Shown here: positions 29,001-37,912 of the stretch, piece after piece
Numbering within the stretch: position 1 is the first letter of the stretch
Layout: each line of letters begins with the position of its first letter
Assembly: GCA_036012755.1 (NCBI GenBank)
Contig: DASCPX010000137.1
Span: 64,001-128,000, forward strand
From: Myxococcota bacterium
Lineage (GTDB): Bacteria; Myxococcota_A; UBA796; CAJQPC01
DNA length: 64,000 nt
Direction: 5' to 3'
The notes under the pieces: model-generated
The model's database searches: none
What the model was told of the DNA's origin: nothing
The model's input: the letters and a program-made list of their open reading frames with translations, nothing else
Translations under genes and position numbers: made by a program

Positions 29001-30262
29001 GCTTCGACGACGACGAGGAGCGCCCCTCGGCCACCTGCCGAAACAGCTCTGACGACGACGGCGACGGCTGGTTCGACGAGGACGACCCGGACTGCTTCGA
29101 CGGCGGCGACGAGACCGCGGGTGTCACCGGCGTGGCCGAGTGCAACGACGGCTCCGACAACGACGGCGACAACGACGTCGACGCAGATGACACGACCGGC
29201 TGCACCGATGCCTGGGACAACCGGGAGCTCGACGGGCACACCGGCTCGTGCAGCAGCGGCACCGACAGCGACGGCGACGGCTGGGCAGACGACGAGGACC
29301 CGGACTGCGGGCTCTTCGGAAAGGAGATCGGCTTTTCGACGCTCACCTGCAACAACGGCGAGGACGACGAGGGCGACGGCGACGCCGACGCGGACGACGC
29401 TGGCTGTGTGGACGGCTGGGACACGGTCGAGAACGACCCGGCGTCGACCTGCTCGGACTCCACCGACAATGACGGTGACGGCTGGGAGGACATGTACGAC
29501 CCCGACTGCATCGATGGCACGAGCGAGTCCGGCACCGGGAGCGCTGCCGAGTGCCACGACGGCGTGGACAACGACAGCGACGGTGACACCGACGGCGACG
29601 ACGGCGACTGTCTGGACGCCTGGGACAACAGCGAGCACGTCGACGGCTACGGGGCGGACTGCACGGACGGGAGCGACAACGACGGCGACGGCTGGGCTGA
29701 CGAAGACGACCCGGACTGCGACTGGGGTGACGTCGAGGAGGACGTGCAGGACTGGGAGTGCTCCAACGGGACCGACGACGACAGCGACGGCGACAGCGAC
29801 AGCGACGACCTGGGCTGCGACTCGGCCTTCGACGACAACGAGACCGGTGACGGCTGCACCAACGAGACCGACGACGACGGCGATGGCTGGGTCGACGACG
29901 ACGACCCGGACTGCGCCAGCGGCTACTCAGAGGTCAGCACCTCGTCCGCGGCCTGCAACGACGGCTTCGACAACGACGGCGACAGCGACATCGACGCAGA
30001 CGACATCGGCTGCGAGGACGGCTCGGACACCGACGAGACGGATCCGGTGACGGAGTGCAACGACGAGGCGGACAACGACTCCGACGGCTGGATCGACCTG
30101 GACGACCCGGACTGTGACGACGACCCGCTGACGGAAGAGGAGATCGACTTCGACACCCGCTACGACTGCAACGACTCGGTCGACAACGACGGCGACGGCG
30201 ACGGCACGGATGCCGATGACCCCGACTGCCGGGACGGCTACGACAACAACGAAGGCGCCTAG
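26012..30262 (+). CDS. Giant Asp/Cys-rich repeat lipoprotein (putative Ca2+/metal-binding surface protein)
   Basis: MLLLLAC; 38 counted C-x-D-x-x-D-N-D-G-D-G-x-x-D-x-D-D-x-x-C repeats. Confidence 0.85.
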   Translation: MLLLLACTGNQPEKTSILVTVVGPDLASVATEAESLVLVGDPDVPFVDGDGYAIEGEFGSFVFVDAIDDDEELELTHTRGFSADLPTIELLAGANRPELSFTAWAETEGVGIVAMADTVGPVSFVDDEVVEVTVTGLVLLDVPLSGCTDELDNDDDGWVDADDSDCDEGITEEGHGTTECNDDKDNDADGAVDSEDVDCDDAGDDTEANGCTDELDNDGDGWIDDEDWECLDGTEEDGVYSDEYGCSNGEDDDLDGDTDFNDTDCSDGFDDEYPELCDNGEDDDGDGWFDADDPDCDTSDEESGFGTWLCNDGEDNDLDDLIDADDPSCRNAFDMTELDQCEDGIDNDGDLWTDTDDLGCDGDEHGESEGSGFEDEAECSDGIDNDGDGYIDGLDEECNSPLDDAEDSDCADELDNDGDGWTDADDPDCDTDGAELGFTDAACNDFSDNDGDGDTDSDDDDCTSATDDDETDHCDDELDNDGDGWEDGDDPDCASGTEESGFGSNDCNDGADNDGDLLIDVEDSYCTAASGTAEAAECDNGDDDDGDGWTDDDDPDCTSGSTEAGYGSTECNDSADNDSDGYFDADDPDCASAEDDYEEEYDCSDGEDNDGDGWTDTDDPACGSSDTGTSESPASSAYDCNDGDDNDSDGYTDADDLGCADGFDTDESDEPITHCNDELDNDSDGYTDADDPDCYDRSATSESGYGSTECNDGSDNDSDGYTDADDDDCEAADDDNEDTASDDCSDGYDDDGDGWVDDDDPDCSIGTSESGTGSAACNDGTDNDGDGDTDADDGECSSATDTAESGDCNDGSDNDGDGWTDSADPECSSGLSEDGVVGSTECSDLADNDGDLLVDYEDGGCADAYDDVEDDAAGDCEDSADGDGDGWVDADDLDCLTDGSELSTTSYACNDGSDNDGDGDTDAADSDCLVAWQDFEEIDASCEDGEDDDGDGWVDDDDPDCSVDGEEIGYLPLDCNDGADGDGDGDTDSDDSDCDDGFDDDEERPSATCRNSSDDDGDGWFDEDDPDCFDGGDETAGVTGVAECNDGSDNDGDNDVDADDTTGCTDAWDNRELDGHTGSCSSGTDSDGDGWADDEDPDCGLFGKEIGFSTLTCNNGEDDEGDGDADADDAGCVDGWDTVENDPASTCSDSTDNDGDGWEDMYDPDCIDGTSESGTGSAAECHDGVDNDSDGDTDGDDGDCLDAWDNSEHVDGYGADCTDGSDNDGDGWADEDDPDCDWGDVEEDVQDWECSNGTDDDSDGDSDSDDLGCDSAFDDNETGDGCTNETDDDGDGWVDDDDPDCASGYSEVSTSSAACNDGFDNDGDSDIDADDIGCEDGSDTDETDPVTECNDEADNDSDGWIDLDDPDCDDDPLTEEEIDFDTRYDCNDSVDNDGDGDGTDADDPDCRDGYDNNEGA

Positions 30263-30484
30263 CGGGACCTCGCCGCGCGGAGGTGGTCGCCCTGGGCGCG
30301 GAGTACATCAACCACCGGCCCGGGCTCATCCGCTCCCAGGACGGCAAGCGAGACGTGGCGCGCGGTGTCCGGCTCGACCTGCACCTCATCAAGGCGCCTT
30401 CGGGACGACGCTGTGACCCCCTCGTTCCAAGCCCCACCGTCCTGGTGCTCCGAAGCCTCAGCGTGCCACGACTGCGACTGTCCA

Positions 30485-30903
30485 TCACAGGGTGCCCGCT
30501 TGGAGCCGGTCGTGGTCGGTCGGGAGCAGGAAGCCGGGGTTGCTGCGAAGCGCGCGTCCGAGCAGCGGAGCGTCCTCGTCCACGAGCTCAATGGACCGAT
30601 GGCCCTCCTGGTACTGGCGCAAGTACCGGCGTCGGACCTTCATCACCCGCTCATCACGCCGCACGCGCTCGAGGACGTTGGCTACAGCGTCTCGCTGGTC
30701 GGGCGGGACACGCGCTGTGGACCGTAGTTCCATCGAGGGAAGGTCCAGCTCGAACCAATCGCGTCGCGGTACTGGAGCCAGAACGGGCTGGGGCGCTCGG
30801 CATTGCGGTGATCCGCTGGGCCGTGGTTCAACGACGCTCGCCCCTTCTTCAAGACGTGGGTCTGCCAGCCCCAGGGGCGATCCGGCGGGTCAACGTGCCT
30901 CAT
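30485..30903 (-). pseudogene. Internally deleted, frameshifted partner of the AAA ATPase (HNH-like protein lacking its core)
   Basis: The N-terminal frame (..RPSPFWLQYRDA) switches near 30760 to a second frame DWFELDLPSMEL..RDERVMKVRR..APLLGRAL; no HNH core lies between them. Confidence 0.55.
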
Positions 30904-31825
30904 CGTTCCCCCGACCGGCCCGACGCCCGGGGCGATAGGCCAGGGTCCACTGTGGCCAGAAATCGTCGTGGCCTGGCAGGGTGTGCTTCAGAGCATCGTG
31001 GACTCGCTCGACCAGCGGGCGACGGAGGTAGGCGTCGTCTGCGATGGCTTCCAGCCAGCCCATCTCGGGCAGCGCTGGCGCGGCGTCGGAGGGCAGTTCG
31101 TCGAGGCGCAGGTACAGCGCGCCGAGGTTGTCTTCGGCATCGCCAGGGCGGTCCGCCATGAAGTCCATCGCGGCGGCGATCGCCAGATCTGCCTCGCGCG
31201 AGCGGCCCCCCACGTGCCCGAAGACCTCTGAGGCGAGCCAGTTGGACACATCGCCCTCCTTGCCGAACGGAAGCTCGTTTACGCGGACCAGCCGGCCGTC
31301 GCGCTCCAACACGAACAGGTCGTCGCGGTCCTCACGGAACACGCTTTCCAGGGAGGCGAGGACCATTGGCGAGTGGGTGGTCACGAAGAATTGGGCCGAG
31401 ACCTTCGAGGCGATGACGCTGACGGCCTTGTGGACCGCAGGCAGGAGCATCCGCTGCCACTTGGGGTGGAGGTGGAGCTCGACTTCGTCTATCAACACCA
31501 CCATGTCGGTGGTGGGCGGGCGGTTTGTGAGCTTCGCGGCGTTCGTATGCTCGGTCCAGGCCCACACCAACAGGTAGGCCAGGCCGAGTATGCGCTTCGT
31601 TCCCGCAGACGCGAGGGTGACCGGGACCTCGCCGTAGGGGAGCGCGAGCGTGGGGATGTCCACGCGGTCATCGACTCGCACCCTGGTCGGGCCTCCCGGC
31701 ACGAGCGGCTCGCCGGGCTCCGACAGATGTTCCAACACCCGACATAGGGACTGGAACTCCGGGGCGCCTGTGCCCTGCCAGCTCACCCAGTCCTCGAGGA
31801 GCCCTCGGCTCAGCGTTCGAGGACG
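30890..31825 (-). pseudogene. 5'-truncated AAA_21/ABC-like ATPase
   Basis: ASAGTKRI, VLIDEVELHLHPKWQR and VTTHSPMV are present; no Walker A; the frame begins inside the upstream gene's end. Confidence 0.7.
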
Positions 31826-32367
31826 ACCAGCTCGATGTAGCCGTCGGGGGGCGTCGAGCAGACCACCACGTCGATCTCGGGATCCGCGAAGTTGTCGCTG
31901 TCGCCGTCGCGGTGGTAGGTGGCGCCGATTCCCTCGTCCGTCTCTCCGTCGCAGTCGTCATCCAGCCCGTTGCAGCTCTCTGACGCCGTCGGGGACATGT
32001 CCATGTCGTGGTCGTTGCAGTCGGTGTCGTCCTGCACAGCGTCCGGCGGGATCGGGCAGGTGGTCACGGGCGCGTTCGGGTTCCCGTGTCCGTCGGCGTC
32101 GTAGTCCTCGAACCAGCCGACGTAGTCGTAGGTGTCCTCGTCCACCAGCTCGTCGCAGTCCTGGTCGAGGCCATCGCAGAGCTCGGTGGCGCCCGGGTGT
32201 ATGTCCGGATCCTCGTCGTCGCAGTCCGGCCCCAGCCAGCCGCCCATCTCCAGGGCCTGCTCCTCCCACTCGAGGTCGTAGTAGTGGTCCTCGTCCGAGT
32301 CGAGGAGCGCCATCCGGTAGCTCTCGTAGACCTCCCGAGAGGTCAGGCAGGCAAGCAGCATCCCCAT
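31810..32367 (-). CDS. MopE-like repeat lipoprotein, probably 3'-truncated
   Basis: MGMLLAC; DCDD..IHPGATELCDGLDQDCD; the last repeat breaks off mid-unit. Confidence 0.7.
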   Translation of the reverse strand: MGMLLACLTSREVYESYRMALLDSDEDHYYDLEWEEQALEMGGWLGPDCDDEDPDIHPGATELCDGLDQDCDELVDEDTYDYVGWFEDYDADGHGNPNAPVTTCPIPPDAVQDDTDCNDHDMDMSPTASESCNGLDDDCDGETDEGIGATYHRDGDSDNFADPEIDVVVCSTPPDGYIELVVLER

Positions 32368-32422
32368 GGCCCGCAGTCTATCGCTGGGACGCCGCCGGCC
32401 CCCCGGACGTTAGCCTGCAGGT

Positions 32423-33172
32423 GTGGACGAGCGGGTTCGAGAGCTGGTCGAGTCGCTGCGGGCTCGCGGCGTCGACGTCGGTGGGCTGGAAGAGCTCGGC
32501 GCGGAGCTCGACGACCAACCCTGGCACGCGCGGGTGAAGGCTTTTGCCATGCGGCAGTGGGACAACGTGGTGGGGGAGCTCGACGAGACCCGCGAGGCGG
32601 CCCGGCTGGTCCAGAAGGCCCACGCCGGGGAGCTCGACGATGTCGAGACCGCCAAGCTCCAGGCGCAGCTGGGCGACCTCGCGCGGATGGTCCCCGCGGC
32701 AGTTCTCGCCCTCGCGATCGAGGCCGTCCCGGTGCCTGGCACGAGCGTCGTCACCCCCTTCCTGCTCATCAAGCTCGGGCTGTTGCCCAGTCGCTGGCGC
32801 GAGACCTACGTGCTGTCGCGCCTGCGCGCCGAGGCCGATCGGCTGCGCGCCGAGGGGAACACCTCGGAGGCAGCAGAGGTCGACACCCTGCGGGCCACGG
32901 TCACCCTGGAGGTCGAGGCCCGCGAGCTCCTCGGCAAGGAGCTGCGCCCCCACTGGGACGCCGACCGCGACGGCTGGGACGAAGAGGACGTCGTCGCCTA
33001 CGACGAGGCCCTCGACCGCTGCCGTGGGCGGGACCCCCGATCCAGACGCTGGTACGTCGCCTATCATGGCGAGATCGTTGGACCCGTGCAGCTGGCTGAG
33101 CTGCCAGACGACCTCGACGCGCTCGTCTGCTTCGAGCGCTCCGGGTGGGTCAAACGCTCACACCTGCTCTGA
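32423..33172 (+). CDS. Hypothetical protein (LETM1-like segment, C-terminal GYF-like segment)
   Basis: ELDETRE..QLGDLARMVP..PVPG..LLPSRW; WYVAYHGEIVGPV. Confidence 0.55.
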   Translation: MDERVRELVESLRARGVDVGGLEELGAELDDQPWHARVKAFAMRQWDNVVGELDETREAARLVQKAHAGELDDVETAKLQAQLGDLARMVPAAVLALAIEAVPVPGTSVVTPFLLIKLGLLPSRWRETYVLSRLRAEADRLRAEGNTSEAAEVDTLRATVTLEVEARELLGKELRPHWDADRDGWDEEDVVAYDEALDRCRGRDPRSRRWYVAYHGEIVGPVQLAELPDDLDALVCFERSGWVKRSHLL

Positions 33173-35893
33173 GTCGACCCGGAGGTTCAAGAGCTCGTGG
33201 AAGGCCTGCGGGCCCAGGAGCTTGCCGCTGGAGTAGCCGGTGGAGTCCTTGATGATGGGCTTCTTGAGGTCGTAGCGCCGGATGACGGCGTCGCTGGGCG
33301 CCGGGGCCGCGTCCCAGGCTGGAGCAACCTCGTGCGCCAACTCACGATTATCGCTCAGGTTGTTGCTGTTCTGCAGGACGATTCCGCTGCACTCCAGCCG
33401 ACTCCTGATGCGCCCCTTGTACTGGCCCTTCTTGCCCTTGAGCGCCTTGTGGTCCCCGAACCGGACGGTGCCCTCGACGTCGCTCCACGGCGCGACCCGA
33501 ACCCGGCAGACCCCGCTGTTCTTGCCCTCCTGGATCCGGTGCAGCCCGGCCTCGAGACGCAACAGGCCCGCGGCGTAGCGTCCCTTGATCGCGAGCATCG
33601 CCGGCTCGTCACTCCGCATCGGCTCCCGCAGCCAGTCGACCTCCATCTTGCGTGAGTCCGCCCAGGCGAGGAGCTGCTCGACGACGAGGTCTCGGGCGCG
33701 TCGCGCGCCGGCGCCCAGAGGCCGGACCTCCACCAGCGCGTCCCATGCGCCCTCGAAGCCCATGAGGAGCAGCTCCCGCCTCGCCCGAGCGAGGGCTCGC
33801 TCGTGACGCAGCAGGTCGTGGGCGACGCGCTCGAGCGCTGCCCGACCGGTCTTGCGGGCCTCTGTCTGCAGCGACTCGTTCCATCCCCTCAGCCGCTCCA
33901 GGCGGTCGACCACGCTCGCTAGCCGGTCGAGGTCCCGAAGCACCTTGGCCGCGGTCTCCGGCTTGCTCCAGAACTCCCTGTGGCCACGCCGCTCGTCGAG
34001 CTTCGTGCGCTGCTCTCCGATCGCCTCTTCGTCCACCTCTGCGGCGAGCGCTTCGATGGCCCCGGCGGCAGCCTCCAGCCGCCTTCCGAGCTCGGGCCGG
34101 GTGAGCTTCTGGCCCTCTGCCTTGACCGGAGCCGCGGCCGCGCGCCGCTGGCGGATCTCCTCGGTCTCCAGGAGGCGCACGCGGATGTGCCCGTCCTTGG
34201 CGTGGATCTTGACGATGCTGCCGGGCTCCACGCTGCGTTCCATCATCGTCATCGCCAGCGGCAGCACGAGCTGGCGCTGGATCTCCCGCTTGAGCGCTCG
34301 GGCGCCGTACTTGGGCTCGAAGCCCGTCTCGATGACGCGGTCGAGGGCGTCGTCCGTGACCTCCACCACGAGGTTCCGGCCGGCGATGCCCTCGCGCGCG
34401 AGGATGCGTCTCAGCTCCCAGCGGGCCACCTGCTTCACCTGCTCCTTGCTGAGCGGGTGGAAGACCACCACGTGCTGGAAGCGGTTGAGGAACTCCGGTC
34501 GGAAGTGGTTCTCGAGGGCCTTCGTCACGGCGTGGCGGCGAGCCGACAGCCCGGTGTCCGGGGTGAACCCGAAGCTCTTGTCGCTGCCCTGGGCGCCCAC
34601 GTTGCTCGTGGTGATGAGGATCGTGCTGCGGAAGTCGACCGTCTTGCCGCCCGGAGGCGTCATGCGGCCCTCGTCGAGCACGCCGAGCAGCAGGTCCCAG
34701 ACGTTGCTGTGGGCCTTCTCGAGTTCGTCGAGGAGCAGGACCTGGAAGGGCTGGGCGCGCACCGGGTCGACCAGCGCCGCGGGTCGGCCAGGGTCCTTGG
34801 GGTTGCCGACGAGCATCTCGAAGGAGTGGTAGTCCTTGAACTCCGAGAGGTCGAAGCGAAGCAGCCGCGACTCGGAGCCGTAGAGGAAGCGCGCGAGCGC
34901 CCTGGCGACCTCGGTCTTGCCGACCCCCGTCGGGCCGACGAAGAGGAAGGTCCCGATGGGCTTGTCAGGGTCGTGGAGTCCCGCCTTGAACAGCGCGATG
35001 GCCTCTACGACGGCCTCGAGAGCCTCGCGCTGACCCACGATGCGCTCCTCGAACCAGGCGCGGATCTCCTTCGCGGGCATGGTCGCCGTGCGGCTGACCA
35101 CGAAGAGGGGGAGCCCGCTGTAGACCGAGAAGACACGCTCGATGAGCTGCGGACCAAAGACCGCCTCCTCGCCGGCAGAGGCCTTCTCTACCTGGTAGTC
35201 CCGGACCTGCTCCAGCAGCTCCAGCGCTGGTCCGGGCTGGGGCCGTGAGGGCAGGAACCTGGTCGTGAGCTGGATGAGCGTGCTGCGGCAGTCACCGTCG
35301 AGCACGACGCCGCCGCGCTCGGCGGCTCGGTCCAGGCAGGCCCTGACCGACTCGACGGCCAGCGGTCCGACGTTGACCTTCGTGAAGAGCGAGACGAAGC
35401 CGGGGTGCCGCTCCATGAGACGCAGGGTCTCCGGGGTCGCCTCCGCCAGCAGCGTCAGCCCCTTGCCCTGGATGTGGGGCCTGAGGGCGTCCAGCAGGTT
35501 GTTGTCGCTCTGGGCCGTGCGGCCGGTCTTGGGCAGGTTCCAGGCGTCGCTGAAGTACAGCACGGTCTGGAAGTCGACGGCCTTCTTGGCGATGGTGGTG
35601 ACCTTCGACTGCCACTCGCCCAGGTACTTCGTGCCCGACATCATGGCGGTGCTCGAGAGCTCGACGAGGTCGCCGCCGCCCTTCGCCATGCGCTGGGCGA
35701 CGGCGTGCACGACAGCGGTCTTCCCGACCCCGGACGGGCCGACGAGCAGCACGCTCTTCTTACGCTCGAGCAGCTCGGCGACCTGCTTCACTAGCTCGTC
35801 GCGGAAGTCGACGGGCGGGAGCTCCCCGTCCCGCGCCGCGTCCACCAGGTCACGCCCGTCTTCGGCGAGGGCGTTGTCGTAGTCCGTGTCCAT
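33158..35893 (-). CDS. ClpA/B-like double AAA+ ATPase fused to a release-factor-2-like module (alternative start 35920)
   Basis: [42 protein letters not shown]-terminal [39 protein letters not shown]. Confidence 0.85.
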   Translation of the reverse strand: MDTDYDNALAEDGRDLVDAARDGELPPVDFRDELVKQVAELLERKKSVLLVGPSGVGKTAVVHAVAQRMAKGGGDLVELSSTAMMSGTKYLGEWQSKVTTIAKKAVDFQTVLYFSDAWNLPKTGRTAQSDNNLLDALRPHIQGKGLTLLAEATPETLRLMERHPGFVSLFTKVNVGPLAVESVRACLDRAAERGGVVLDGDCRSTLIQLTTRFLPSRPQPGPALELLEQVRDYQVEKASAGEEAVFGPQLIERVFSVYSGLPLFVVSRTATMPAKEIRAWFEERIVGQREALEAVVEAIALFKAGLHDPDKPIGTFLFVGPTGVGKTEVARALARFLYGSESRLLRFDLSEFKDYHSFEMLVGNPKDPGRPAALVDPVRAQPFQVLLLDELEKAHSNVWDLLLGVLDEGRMTPPGGKTVDFRSTILITTSNVGAQGSDKSFGFTPDTGLSARRHAVTKALENHFRPEFLNRFQHVVVFHPLSKEQVKQVARWELRRILAREGIAGRNLVVEVTDDALDRVIETGFEPKYGARALKREIQRQLVLPLAMTMMERSVEPGSIVKIHAKDGHIRVRLLETEEIRQRRAAAAPVKAEGQKLTRPELGRRLEAAAGAIEALAAEVDEEAIGEQRTKLDERRGHREFWSKPETAAKVLRDLDRLASVVDRLERLRGWNESLQTEARKTGRAALERVAHDLLRHERALARARRELLLMGFEGAWDALVEVRPLGAGARRARDLVVEQLLAWADSRKMEVDWLREPMRSDEPAMLAIKGRYAAGLLRLEAGLHRIQEGKNSGVCRVRVAPWSDVEGTVRFGDHKALKGKKGQYKGRIRSRLECSGIVLQNSNNLSDNRELAHEVAPAWDAAPAPSDAVIRRYDLKKPIIKDSTGYSSGKLLGPQAFHELLNLRVDSEQV

Positions 35894-35920
35894 GACTGGC
35901 CGTGGAGGATACTCCGACAC

Positions 35921-36991
35921 ATGGGTTCGAGCTTCGGCCGGTTGTTCCGCGTCACTACCTTCGGTGAGTCACACACCGGCGGCCTCGGCGCCGTGGTGGA
36001 GGGCTGCCCGCCAGGGCTGGTGCTGGATCTCGCGGCGATCCAGCGGGACCTCGACCGCCGCCGTCCGGGGCAGTCGTCCATCGCGACGCAGCGAAAGGAG
36101 CCCGACACCCTCGAGATCCTCTCCGGGGTCTTCGAGGGCCGAACCCTCGGGACCTCCATCGGCCTGCTCGTCCGGAACAAGGACGCCGACCCCTCGGCCT
36201 ACGCTCCGTGGTCGGACCTCTACCGGCCCTCCCACGCGGACTTCACCTACGACGCCAAGTACGGACTGCGGAACTGGCAGGGCGGAGGTCGGGCCAGCGC
36301 TCGAGAGACCGTCGCCCGAGTCGCCGCCGGGGCCATCGCCAAGCAGGTCCTTGCCACCTTCGGCGTCGAGATCCTCGGCTGGACCGCTGCCATCGGGCCC
36401 ATCGTCTACGCCGGGGTCCCCGCGGACCTCGCGGCCGTCGAGGCCAACCCCGTGCGCTGCCCGGATCCGGAGATCGCCGCAGAGATGGAGGAGCACATCA
36501 AGTCCGTGCGCGCGGACGGAGACACCTGCGGTGGCATCGTGCGCTGTGTCGCTCGCGGCGTCCCGGCAGGCTGGGGAGATCCTGTCTTCGACAAGCTGGA
36601 GGCCGACCTCGCCCGGGCGATGCTGTCGCTGCCTGCCTGCAAGGGCTTCGAGTCCGGCAGCGGCTACGCCGGCACGGGCATGCTCGGGAGCGAGCACAAC
36701 GACATCTTCGTACCGACTCCAGATGGCGTGAGGACCCGCACCAATCACTCGGGGGGCATCCAGGGGGGCATCAGCAACGGCATGCCGGTGTTGATCTCGG
36801 CTGCCTTCAAGCCGGTGGCGACGATCTTCAAGGAGCAGGAGACGGTCGACTCATCCGGGGCTCCCACCACCATCACGCCCCGGGGTCGGCACGACCCCTG
36901 TCCGGTGCCCCGAGCCGTGCCCATCGTAGAGGCCATGGTGGCGCTGGTGCTCTGCGACCACGCCCTGCGGCATCGAGGACAGGTCGGCTGA
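35921..36991 (+). CDS. aroC: Chorismate synthase
   Basis: [40 protein letters not shown]. Confidence 0.97.
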   Translation: MGSSFGRLFRVTTFGESHTGGLGAVVEGCPPGLVLDLAAIQRDLDRRRPGQSSIATQRKEPDTLEILSGVFEGRTLGTSIGLLVRNKDADPSAYAPWSDLYRPSHADFTYDAKYGLRNWQGGGRASARETVARVAAGAIAKQVLATFGVEILGWTAAIGPIVYAGVPADLAAVEANPVRCPDPEIAAEMEEHIKSVRADGDTCGGIVRCVARGVPAGWGDPVFDKLEADLARAMLSLPACKGFESGSGYAGTGMLGSEHNDIFVPTPDGVRTRTNHSGGIQGGISNGMPVLISAAFKPVATIFKEQETVDSSGAPTTITPRGRHDPCPVPRAVPIVEAMVALVLCDHALRHRGQVG

Positions 36992-37828
36992 TCACTCAAC
37001 GATAATCGTCAGTTCCGACTCCAACCGCTTCCACTCTGCCGTGTCCCATTCCAGCGTCGGCTCCCCTGGTGTGACCCGGTAGAGCCAGGAGATGCCCCCC
37101 TTGCCGGCGTAGTGGTCCTCCATGGCGTAGAGCGGGTCCGACAGGGCCGTCTCGAGGTCGACCCAGACGGCGCCTTCCTCTTCGTAGGCGCTGAGCACCT
37201 CGTCGAGGTGGTCCGCCGCCAGGCTGTTGACGTGGAGCAGCAGGACGTGAGGTACGTCCCTGCCGGTCACCTCGACGCCGAGCTCGCGGAAGTGACGTCC
37301 CGCGCGGAGCAGGTGGTCTGCGTACAGTCCCGCCGCCTTGGCATTCCCCTCCTGGTACTTCTGGGCCAGCATCCACTCGTGGTTGTCGATCGTCACCGGG
37401 GCGATGGTCAGGGTCTGCTCTATGTCCGCACGCACCCGATCCCGGATCTCCACGGTGTTGCCGCGGCGCAGGTAGGGGTAGCGGAAGTAGCGCGTGCCCT
37501 CGCCGAGCTCGGCGGTGCAGCTGTGCACCCCTTCGAGCCAGAGATCGGGGTCCACCGAGCGGAGGTCGTCGTGCCTGGCCTGGTGGTTGCCCAGCTCGAA
37601 ACCTGCGGCGCGCCACTGCTCGAGGGCCTCTGGCCAGGCGGGCTCGCAGTTGACGAACCCCACCGCCGGCACACCATGCTCGGTGAGCGTTTTCAGCAAC
37701 TTGGATGTGCCTGGCGCGACGCCTTGTTCCGGCCTGACACCGTTCCAGGGGAGATCGTCGATCGTCACCGCGACGCGCCAGGGCTCGGCGCTCTGGGCCA
37801 CGCACGCGATCAGAGAGATGACCACCAT
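36992..37828 (-). CDS. Polysaccharide deacetylase family lipoprotein
   Basis: VTIDDLP, ELGNH..H, YFRYPY, VLLLH. Confidence 0.85.
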   Translation of the reverse strand: MVVISLIACVAQSAEPWRVAVTIDDLPWNGVRPEQGVAPGTSKLLKTLTEHGVPAVGFVNCEPAWPEALEQWRAAGFELGNHQARHDDLRSVDPDLWLEGVHSCTAELGEGTRYFRYPYLRRGNTVEIRDRVRADIEQTLTIAPVTIDNHEWMLAQKYQEGNAKAAGLYADHLLRAGRHFRELGVEVTGRDVPHVLLLHVNSLAADHLDEVLSAYEEEGAVWVDLETALSDPLYAMEDHYAGKGGISWLYRVTPGEPTLEWDTAEWKRLESELTIIVE

Positions 37829-37857
37829 GCGTCCATCCTCTCACCGAATCCGGCATG

Positions 37858-37902
37858 CCGGAGGCGGGCGCCCTCTCCCAGGCTTGGCCCGCCCGCCTCC
37901 GG
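37858..37902. terminator. GC-rich hairpin, terminator-like but without a U-tract
   Basis: 13-bp perfect inverted repeat CCGGAGGCGGGCG/CGCCCGCCTCCGG just past the stop codon at 37913. Confidence 0.5.
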
Positions 37903-37912
37903 TGGTCACTCG

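Noticed and set aside
26591..29638. 1015-aa minus-strand ORF
   Set aside because: Val/Ala-rich antisense shadow of the Asp-repeat gene
26448..30262. CRISPR-like periodicity
   Set aside because: The repeats are in-frame and degenerate at the codon level, and no cas genes are present
30283..31161. 292-aa plus-strand ORF as a full gene
   Set aside because: Mostly Arg/Gly/Ala-rich antisense of the pseudogenes
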